From contig CAOKET010000004.1 of assembly GCA_948467605.1 (NCBI GenBank), forward strand, positions 7,799 through 71,798: a stretch of 64,000 nt of DNA. The letters are read 5' to 3'. Made by a program: the position numbers and the translations under genes. Below the pieces are notes generated by a model, which had not been told where the DNA came from, did no database searches, and worked only from the letters and a program-made list of their open reading frames with translations. Position 1 is the stretch's first letter; each line of letters opens with the position of its first letter. Source of the DNA: an uncultured Mycoplasmatota bacterium (GTDB lineage Bacteria; Bacillota_I; Bacilli_A; RF39; UBA660). This document shows, one piece after another, positions 52,316 through 60,358 of this stretch.

Positions 52316-53791
52316 CTATTTATCATTATCAATTTTTATATTATAATTACTTGGACCCTCAAGTATATTGCCATCTATATCAAATCTAGAACCATGGCAT
52401 GGGCAATCCCAAGTTTTATCAAAGTTATTAAATATTAAATTACACTTCATATGTGGGCATAAATTTTTTACAATATGTTTCTTATTATCAGAATCTATAT
52501 AAACACCACACAACTCATCGTTTATATATTTTACATATACATTTGACTTATAAAATGAATGGTTTTTTACAAGTTTTGTACCTAAATATATTTTAGTAAT
52601 ATTAACACTATCAATTATAAAATTAGTTATTTTTGTAATACTAATCCCTCTACTTGGAGAAAATAATTTCTCATATTTATTTTTCTTATTTAAAACTATA
52701 TCAGAAAGTAACATTCCAGATATAGTGCCATTAGTCATACCCCATTTATTAAAGCCAGTTGCCATAAGTAAATCCTTGCTATCAGAATTAACTTTACCTA
52801 TTAATGGTAAAATATCATTAGTAGTAATATCATGTGTCATCCAAATATAATCAATGTCACTTTGAAATTTATTTTTAGTATCATTTATAAGCTCATTATA
52901 TCTATTCTCATAGTCAATATGATTACTCATCTTATGAGAACAAGACGAATATAAAACATATTCATTTTTATAACTACGTATAGAAAATATTGGTTTTTTA
53001 ATATTAATACCACTAGTATTTTTATAAACATTATTCTTAAACGCTGATATATAAGAACGTTCTATATGAGTTTTAAAAGGTACTAATCCAGGAGTTATAA
53101 AGAATGGATAGTGAGTAGTTACAATAACTTTTTTTGCCTTTATAGTATTTTTACTTGTTTTTACTATATATCCCTTATCCCCCTTTACTATATCAATAGC
53201 AAGTGTATTTTCCAAAAATTTAACATTAGTACATATATTCATTAATCCTCTAACATATTTAACAGGATTAAATATAGCAGTATTAGGTACTTCAATACAT
53301 CTTTTTACATTAAATGGAAAATTTATATTATCACATACCTTATATTTTTCTCCTACTTTTGATAAAAAAGTCATAGTTTTATTAAAAATACTAAGTTCAC
53401 TTTCATTAGTTACATATAAATATGAAGGAACTGTTTCCAAATCGCAATCAATATTGTACTCCTTAACAGTATTCCTAACAAAATCAATAGCCATTTTAGT
53501 CGCTTCATAATACTTTTTAGCCATTTTAAAACCATGTGCTTTTTCTATCTTATATAACATATCACTTTGTAAAAATGTAAGTTTACCAGTTGAACAAGAC
53601 GTAACTCCTAATCCAATATAACTTTTATCAATTAAGCATACACTTTTTTTAGAATTATTTAAATTAAAGGCAGTAGAAACACCCGCAATTCCACCACCAA
53701 TAATTAATATATCAACTTCCATATCGCTATATTTTTTGTTCTTTTGTTTATCTAGTTTTAAATCTTTTAACCATATTGGTTTATTTATCAT
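52316..53791 (-). CDS. FAD-dependent oxidoreductase with a C-terminal Rieske domain (YhfW-like)
   Basis: GGGIAG, STGKLT, TGFNKWGMT, CPHMKC...WDCPCHGSRF. A CATACTA -10-like box lies upstream (53807-53813). Confidence 0.9.
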   Translation of the reverse strand: MINKPIWLKDLKLDKQKNKKYSDMEVDILIIGGGIAGVSTAFNLNNSKKSVCLIDKSYIGLGVTSCSTGKLTFLQSDMLYKIEKAHGFKMAKKYYEATKMAIDFVRNTVKEYNIDCDLETVPSYLYVTNESELSIFNKTMTFLSKVGEKYKVCDNINFPFNVKRCIEVPNTAIFNPVKYVRGLMNICTNVKFLENTLAIDIVKGDKGYIVKTSKNTIKAKKVIVTTHYPFFITPGLVPFKTHIERSYISAFKNNVYKNTSGINIKKPIFSIRSYKNEYVLYSSCSHKMSNHIDYENRYNELINDTKNKFQSDIDYIWMTHDITTNDILPLIGKVNSDSKDLLMATGFNKWGMTNGTISGMLLSDIVLNKKNKYEKLFSPSRGISITKITNFIIDSVNITKIYLGTKLVKNHSFYKSNVYVKYINDELCGVYIDSDNKKHIVKNLCPHMKCNLIFNNFDKTWDCPCHGSRFDIDGNILEGPSNYNIKIDNDK

Positions 53792-53860
53792 AATCTTCAC
53801 CAATATTAGTATGGATAAAAATAAAAGTAAAAAACATTAAATTTTATAAAATTTAAAAAC

Positions 53861-54769
53861 TTACGATTCTACAATCTCACCACCATTAGGATGTAAAACT
53901 TGCCCTGACATATATCTAGAATCATCACTTGCTAAAAATAAGTAACTATATGCAATCTCAAATGGTTGTCCTGCTCTATTCATAGGAACCTTACTAGTAT
54001 ATGTTCCAAAAGTTTTAACATCTTCCTTAGAGTAAGAAGCAGGTATTAATGGAGTCCAAACAGGTCCAGGAGCAACACCATTTACCCTTATTCCTTTATC
54101 GACTAATGATGAAGAAAGTGATCTAGTTAGAGATACAATCGCACCCTTAGTAGAACTATAATCAATTAAATCCTTATTTCCTTTATATGCAGTAATACTT
54201 GTAGTATTAATTATAGAACTACCTGGTTTTAAATATGGTACAACTGATCTTGTCATATAAAAATATGAAAATACATTTGTTCTAAAAGTGTCTTCTAATT
54301 GTTTATCAGTAATATCAGTGATACTTTTCTTTATATATTGAACAGCGCAGTTATTAACAAGTATATCTATTTTACCAAAATTATTTATTGCCTCATCAAC
54401 AACTAATTTACAATTAGAAGAATCCCTTAAATCACCTGGAATTAAAATACATTTTCTACCCATTCTATCGATATTATTTTTAGTTTGATTCGCATCTCTA
54501 TGCTCATTTAAATAACTGATTACAATATCAGCGCCTTCCATAGCAAAAAGATAAGCGATACTTCTTCCAATACCGCTATCTCCACCTGTTATTATTGCAA
54601 CCTTACCCTTTAATTTTCCACTGGGCACATAATATGGGTTAAATGATATTGGCTGTGGATTCATCACATATTCAAAGCCTGGTTGAATATTTTGATGTTG
54701 TGGTGGAAAAGCGATATCAACATTATTGCATATCTTTTCCTTACCTATATAATCATATTCTGGATACAT
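53861..54769 (-). CDS. SDR oxidoreductase (YhdF/YdaD-like)
   Basis: FPPQHQ..QPG.E..M.P.P, TGGDSGIG, YSSTK, NGVAPGPVWTP. Confidence 0.92.
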   Translation of the reverse strand: MYPEYDYIGKEKICNNVDIAFPPQHQNIQPGFEYVMNPQPISFNPYYVPSGKLKGKVAIITGGDSGIGRSIAYLFAMEGADIVISYLNEHRDANQTKNNIDRMGRKCILIPGDLRDSSNCKLVVDEAINNFGKIDILVNNCAVQYIKKSITDITDKQLEDTFRTNVFSYFYMTRSVVPYLKPGSSIINTTSITAYKGNKDLIDYSSTKGAIVSLTRSLSSSLVDKGIRVNGVAPGPVWTPLIPASYSKEDVKTFGTYTSKVPMNRAGQPFEIAYSYLFLASDDSRYMSGQVLHPNGGEIVES

Positions 54770-54863
54770 AAAATTTTCCTCCTATTAAAATTTATTAATT
54801 ATTAATATTTTTATTATTGCTTTTTAAATATCAAAGCATAAAATACTTCGAAGGAGGATATTT

Positions 54864-55157
54864 ATGGATTATAAAATTATAATTGATCCTGGACACGGAG
54901 GTAATGACCCAGGTGCTAGTGGAAATGGAATAATAGAAAAAGATTTGACTTTAAAGATATCAAATTATATGTATAACAGATTTAAGGAACTAGGTATACC
55001 TGTATTTATTACTAGATCAACAGATGAGACTTTATCACCTACTGAAAGAGTTAATAGAATAAAAGAATATGCTGGTAATGATAAAAATGTAGTAGTAGTA
55101 TCTAATCACATAAATGCAGGAGGTTCGATTGGAAAAATTGTGATGGCTAGAATATAG
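54864..55157 (+). pseudogene. 5' fragment of an N-acetylmuramoyl-L-alanine amidase (Amidase_3), interrupted near 55124
   Basis: IIIDPGHGGNDPGA, EKDLTL.IS, TRSTD..L...ER, SNHINAGG, then unrelated sequence and a stop; the C-terminal catalytic Glu segment is missing. Confidence 0.85.
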
Positions 55158-55307
55158 TGTATAACTTCATAAGCTCCTTGAATTATGGAACTTAAATTTA
55201 CTCTTGTTCCACAATTTGTTAGTTTGTTGGTACAAGAGTAATCAAAATATGAGTCTATTTTAATTAATAGGCTTTTTTAAGTGTGTAGAAAAAGGAGAAA
55301 ACAAAAT

Positions 55308-55727
55308 ATGATAGTAAGAGTTAAAAAAGATAAAGATTATACAGTAATGAGCAATTATCATTTTAAAGATAAGAATTTAAGTTTAAGGGCAAAAGGTTTG
55401 TTATCTCTAATGTTATCACTTCCTAATAATTGGGATTATTCAATTAATGGTTTATGTAGCATATGTAATGAATCGAGAACTACTATAAGAAATACTTTAA
55501 AAGAATTGAGAGATAATCATTATTTAGAAATGAATGAAAATCGTGATAAAAAAGGAAAATTTACTTATGATTATATAGTTTATGAAATTCCTAATATCAA
55601 TCCATAGGGTGATTTTCGCCTTGTGGATTTTCCGTATACGGGTTTTTATATACAATTAAGTATTTAAATAATAAAGTATTAAAAAACAAATAGATAAAAT
55701 AGATAAAACCAAAATTAAATTTTGGTA
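55308..55727 (+). pseudogene. Decayed HTH replication-initiator-like gene of phage/IME type
   Basis: MIVRVKKDKDYTVMSNYHFKDKNLSLRAKGLLSLMLSLP..WDYS..GL; TAG at 55605-55607, then coding-like GDFRLVDFPYTG and a shifted KQIDKIDKT tail. Confidence 0.7.
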
Positions 55728-55848
55728 AGTAAATTAATTGTAAATAGTCGATTTTTGTCGACAAATATAGTATAATTAAGATACTTAGTTATTCTTGAAT
55801 AATTAAAAGGTAAGTATTTATGAAGTTTGATTGGGGAGAGTAAAATTT

Positions 55849-56667
55849 ATGAATGAGAAAACTTATGATGAAGTATTAGATGAAAAAAATCCTAGAATAA
55901 AACAATTATATTGGAATATAGCTTTTGGCTTACAAGAAGTTGATAAGTTGAAACCATCAAAATATATGATTGAACTTGCTAATGAGCATATTAAAGGTGC
56001 TAAGACTTATAAAGAAGTTCAATATGAAATCAATTCTTATCATGAAAATAGTAATTCGAATGATGAAAAAGAAGCCGATGAAGTGGCAACGGCTATCTAT
56101 GAGATATTAAATGATGGTGCTTTTAGATTTGATTATTTGACTTATAAAAATTATCACAAAAGATTATTTCAAAATTTAGATAAAAAGGTTTATAAAGCCG
56201 GAGAATTTAGAACTCATAATTTTACCAAAGATGAAGAGATACTGGATAATGACACAGTTACTTATCAATCTTATGACTTAATTGAAAAAACTTTAAAATA
56301 TGATTTTGAAGAAGAAAAACAAATAGATTATTCTAAATTTACTAATGAAGAACTAATAAATAGAATCTCTGAATTTACATCGAGAATATGGCAAGTTCAT
56401 CCTTTTAATGAGGGAAACACAAGAACTACAGCTGTATTTATTCAAAAATATTTAATAAATATAGGTTTTGATGTTAATAATGATTTATTTAAGGATAATT
56501 CGTTATACTTTAGAAATGCTTTAGTAAGGGCTAATTATACTAATTATGCTAAAGGAGTAAAGGAAACCAAAAAATATTTAATTATGTTTTTTGAGAATTT
56601 GTTATTTAATAAAAATAATAAGTTAGAAAATAATGAATTATATATAATTGAAAAAGAGGATAATTAG
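55849..56667 (+). CDS. Fic family protein with an N-terminal VbhA-like segment
   Basis: Fic motif HPFNEGNTRT; N-terminal AFGLQEVDKLKPS helix. Confidence 0.88.
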   Translation: MNEKTYDEVLDEKNPRIKQLYWNIAFGLQEVDKLKPSKYMIELANEHIKGAKTYKEVQYEINSYHENSNSNDEKEADEVATAIYEILNDGAFRFDYLTYKNYHKRLFQNLDKKVYKAGEFRTHNFTKDEEILDNDTVTYQSYDLIEKTLKYDFEEEKQIDYSKFTNEELINRISEFTSRIWQVHPFNEGNTRTTAVFIQKYLINIGFDVNNDLFKDNSLYFRNALVRANYTNYAKGVKETKKYLIMFFENLLFNKNNKLENNELYIIEKEDN

Positions 56668-56685
56668 GATTTGGAGGTAGTACAA

Positions 56686-58251
56686 GTGAATAGGAAAGAG
56701 CACGAAAAAGAAGAACTTCATAAGACAATTTGGAAAATAGCTAATGAACTTAGAGGATCAGTAGATGGCTGGGATTTTAAACAATATGTTTTAGGTTTAT
56801 TATTTTATAGATTTATATCTGAAAACATTGAAAATTATGTTAATGATAATCAAAGAAAAGCAGGCATTGCAGATTTTGAATATAGAAATATCTCAGATGA
56901 AGAAGCTTTATTAGGTAAAACTCAGATATTAGAAGAAAAAGGTTTTTTTATATTGCCTAGTGAATTATTTTGCAATATAAGAAAAAGTGCAGATAAAAAT
57001 GAGAACTTAAATGTTGTTATATCTAATGTATTTAATAATATTGAAGCATCTGCTAGAGGTACTGCTTCAGAAAATGATGTTAAAGGTTTATTTGATGATT
57101 TTACAATAGATAATAAATTAGGTAATACTGTAGATGAAAGAAATGAAAAACTAGTTAGATTACTTAATGCTATAGGTGAATTAAGCTTTGGTGAATATAC
57201 AGACAATAATATTGATTTATTTGGTGATGCGTATGAATTTTTGATGACAATGTATGCATCTTCAGCTGGTAAATCTGGTGGTGAATTTTTTACACCTCAA
57301 GAAGTTGGAGAGTTACTTGCTAGGATTGTTATAATGGATAAGACTTCTGTTAATAAGGTTTATGATCCAGCTTGTGGATCAGGTGGATTATTACTTAAAT
57401 TTGCCAAGATACTAGGTAAAGAAAATGTAAGAGAAGGTTTCTTTGGGCAGGAGATTAATCTAACTACTTATAACCTAGCTAGAATTAATATGTTTTTACA
57501 CAATATTAATTATAATAATTTTAATATTGAACGAGGAGATACTTTAATACATCCTGTACATTGGGATGATGAGCCATTTGATGCAATTGTTTCTAATCCA
57601 CCATATTCTATTAAATGGGCAGGCAAAGAAAATCCTATACTTATTAATGATGAGAGATTTGCTCCTGCTGGAGTATTAGCTCCTTCATCAAAAGCAGATT
57701 TAGCATTTACTATGCACATGTTATCTTGGTTATCTTCAAAAGGAACTGCTGCAATAGTTGAGTTTCCTGGAGTTCTATATAGAGGTGGTGCAGAACAAAA
57801 AATCAGGCAATACATGATTGATAATAATTTTGTTGACACTGTTATTCAACTACCATCTGATTTATTTTTTGGAACTTCTATAGCAACTTGTATTTTAGTA
57901 TTAAAGAAGAATAAGACCGATAATAACATACTATTTGTGGATGCTAGTGATGAGTGTGTAAGAAATACTAATAAGAATAAATTATCTGATGATAATATTA
58001 ATAATATTGTTAATCTATTAAAAAATAGAGTAGCTGCTGATGGTAAAGCATATCTAGCTACTTATGAGGAAGTTAGGGATAATGATTATAATATCTCTGT
58101 TAACTCATATTTAAAAACTGACACCGGTGGCGAAACAATAGATATTGTAGAAGTAAATAGAAAATTGGCTGAGATAGTCCCAAGACAACAACAATTACGT
58201 GTTGAGTTAGAAAAGCTAATCAAAGAATTAGAGGTTGATTATCATGAATAA
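56686..58251 (+). CDS. hsdM: Type I R-M methyltransferase
   Basis: GGEFFTPQEV, YDPACGSGGLL, GQEIN, VSNPPYS (m6A motif IV), FPGVLYRG. Confidence 0.97.
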   Translation: MNRKEHEKEELHKTIWKIANELRGSVDGWDFKQYVLGLLFYRFISENIENYVNDNQRKAGIADFEYRNISDEEALLGKTQILEEKGFFILPSELFCNIRKSADKNENLNVVISNVFNNIEASARGTASENDVKGLFDDFTIDNKLGNTVDERNEKLVRLLNAIGELSFGEYTDNNIDLFGDAYEFLMTMYASSAGKSGGEFFTPQEVGELLARIVIMDKTSVNKVYDPACGSGGLLLKFAKILGKENVREGFFGQEINLTTYNLARINMFLHNINYNNFNIERGDTLIHPVHWDDEPFDAIVSNPPYSIKWAGKENPILINDERFAPAGVLAPSSKADLAFTMHMLSWLSSKGTAAIVEFPGVLYRGGAEQKIRQYMIDNNFVDTVIQLPSDLFFGTSIATCILVLKKNKTDNNILFVDASDECVRNTNKNKLSDDNINNIVNLLKNRVAADGKAYLATYEEVRDNDYNISVNSYLKTDTGGETIDIVEVNRKLAEIVPRQQQLRVELEKLIKELEVDYHE

Positions 58252-58681
58252 ATCAAATATGGATAAACTTGTAGTTGAACTGTTAAATAAAGTAAAAATT
58301 GATGATAGTAAATTATTAGAAAATGATGTTCATGAAATAACATTTGTATTCCGATTTGCACATTATCTCGCTAATATTATAGAAAATACAACAAGTTATA
58401 AAGTCGATATTGAATATAATAGAGATAAGAGTAATGTAAAACGAATTGATAACAAAATAAGAAGAGTCGATTTAATTGTTCACCAAAGAGCAACTAATGA
58501 TAATTTAATTGCTATTGAATTTAAAAAAGGATACGAATCTGAAACAGATAAGAGTGAATTAGAAAAACTTAAAATTGATTATTGCTATAAAAATATATAT
58601 TTCATAGATTTTAAATTAGGCAAAATCGAAACATATAATAATAATGAGTGGGTATATATACAAGGTGGCTACCATGAGTAG
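58244..58681 (+). CDS. Small PD-(D/E)xK-like nuclease inserted between hsdM and hsdS
   Basis: HE..F.FRFAHYL...VDIEYNR...RVDLIVHQR...NLIAIEFKK fits a D...ExK nuclease core. Confidence 0.6.
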   Translation: MNKSNMDKLVVELLNKVKIDDSKLLENDVHEITFVFRFAHYLANIIENTTSYKVDIEYNRDKSNVKRIDNKIRRVDLIVHQRATNDNLIAIEFKKGYESETDKSELEKLKIDYCYKNIYFIDFKLGKIETYNNNEWVYIQGGYHE

Positions 58682-59840
58682 GATTAATGATTTGATTAAA
58701 AAATTGTGTCCTAATGGAGTAAGCTATATTAAATTAGGTGAATTATTAGATTATGTTCAACCAACTAAGTATATTGTTAAAACTACAAATTATTGCCAAG
58801 AATATAAAACTCCTGTTTTGACTGCTGGACAGACATTTATTTTAGGATACACTAATGAAGAAGATGGAATTTATAAAGCAAGTAAAGATAATCCCGTAAT
58901 TATATTTGATGATTTTATGGCAACCAGTCATTTAGTAGATTTTAATTTTAAAGTTAAGTCATCAGCAATAAAAATATTAGTACCCAAAACAAACAATGTA
59001 TTTAAATATATTTATTATTGCATCGATAATATTAACTATATTCCTAAAGAGCATTCTAGACAATGGATTCAGAATTACAGCCAATTTAAAATACCTTTAC
59101 CACCAATTGAAGTGCAAGAAGAAATAGTACGGATTCTTGATAAATTTGGCGAGCTAGAAGCGGAGCTAGAAGCGGAGCTAGAAGCGAGAAAGAGTCAATA
59201 TGAATTTTGGTGTGGAAAATTGTTTGATTTTGAAGATAATGTTGAAAAGTTATCTTTAGAAAAACTATGTAATATTGTTGATTATAGAGGAAAAACACCA
59301 AAAAAGGTTGATTCAGGAATATTTTTAGTAACTGCAAAGAATATTAAAATGGGTTATATAGATTATGAATATTCAAAAGAGTATATAGCTGAAAAGGATT
59401 TAGAGGATGTTATGAGAAGAGGTAAAGCGAATGTTGGCGATGTTTTATTTACAACTGAAGCACCTTGTGGACATGTAGCGCAAGTAGATAAGAATAATAT
59501 TGCTTTGGCACAACGTGTAATCAAGTATTCCTCAAAAGATTTATTACAATTAAGTAATGAATACTTAAAATATGCTTTATTATCTCATCAATTTCAAAAC
59601 AAATTATCAGAAACTTCAACTGGATCTACTGTAAAAGGAATAAAGGGTTCAAAATTGCATAAAATGACTATCCCCGTTCCGTCTATTGAGAAACAAAATA
59701 AAATAGTTAGAATATTAGATAAATTTGATTCATTAGTTAATGATATTAATGTGGGTATTCCTGCTGAAATTGAATTAAGAAGACAACAATATGAATATTA
59801 TAGAAACAAATTATTGTCTTTTAACGAATTAAAGGAGTGA
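58674..59840 (+). CDS. hsdS: Type I R-M specificity subunit
   Basis: Two TRDs; conserved regions IPLPPIEVQEEIVRILDKF...ARKSQYE and IPVPSIEKQ..IV.ILDKF...RRQQYEYYRNKLLSF. Confidence 0.95.
   Translation: MSRINDLIKKLCPNGVSYIKLGELLDYVQPTKYIVKTTNYCQEYKTPVLTAGQTFILGYTNEEDGIYKASKDNPVIIFDDFMATSHLVDFNFKVKSSAIKILVPKTNNVFKYIYYCIDNINYIPKEHSRQWIQNYSQFKIPLPPIEVQEEIVRILDKFGELEAELEAELEARKSQYEFWCGKLFDFEDNVEKLSLEKLCNIVDYRGKTPKKVDSGIFLVTAKNIKMGYIDYEYSKEYIAEKDLEDVMRRGKANVGDVLFTTEAPCGHVAQVDKNNIALAQRVIKYSSKDLLQLSNEYLKYALLSHQFQNKLSETSTGSTVKGIKGSKLHKMTIPVPSIEKQNKIVRILDKFDSLVNDINVGIPAEIELRRQQYEYYRNKLLSFNELKE
59151..59186 (+). repeat. 12-bp tandem repeat x3 (GAGCTAGAAGCG) in the hsdS central region
   Basis: Three exact copies encoding ELEA ELEA ELEA. 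Confidence 0.95.
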
Positions 59841-60346
59841 ATATGAGAAAATTTAATCAAATTACTAAAAGATTATTTCAAATTTTTCTCTATTTATTAG
59901 AAACACTTGGTTTTGCATTAGTTTTAACATTAATAACTAATAAATTTTTATCTCCTACTAACTGGTTTGATATTCTTGAAAGAGTAACTATATATTATAC
60001 TTTATATCAAATTGTTATTTATAATATTTTACAGCAGTTAAATGATATTAAAAAAGATGAATATTTGGCTCTATTATCAATGTATAAATATGTTGAAATT
60101 TATAATTCAGATAAGAAGGAAGATATAAGAAAAGACATATATTGTCTAATTGAAAGTCAATTAAATAATGATATGCTAAATGATGTAAATATTAAAAATG
60201 AATATAATGAAATAAAAAAAGTTTTAGATAATAAAGGAAAGTTTGATGAAACAAAGATTAAAGTAAAAATTTTAAAATATGAACATTGTTATGAAGAAGT
60301 AGTGTTAAATTGGAAGTATTCGATTTTACTTAGAATATTTAAATAG
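59837..60346 (+). CDS. Hypothetical protein with two N-terminal TM helices, between hsdS and hsdR
   Basis: LFQIFLYLLETLGFALVLTLIT and VTIYYTLYQIVIY, then a soluble helical domain; GTG at 59837 overlaps the hsdS TGA (alternative ATG at 59843). Confidence 0.7.
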   Translation: MNMRKFNQITKRLFQIFLYLLETLGFALVLTLITNKFLSPTNWFDILERVTIYYTLYQIVIYNILQQLNDIKKDEYLALLSMYKYVEIYNSDKKEDIRKDIYCLIESQLNNDMLNDVNIKNEYNEIKKVLDNKGKFDETKIKVKILKYEHCYEEVVLNWKYSILLRIFK

Positions 60347-60358
60347 GAAGTGAAGAAA

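Noticed and set aside
54864-55157. Amidase as a prophage endolysin
   Set aside because: No holin, structural or packaging genes nearby; it lies outside the foreign segment, among sporulation-type host genes.
55690-55730. Replication-origin iterons (ATAGATAAA x2 plus hairpin)
   Set aside because: Only two copies, better explained as the decayed coding tail (IDKIDK) of the rep-like gene.
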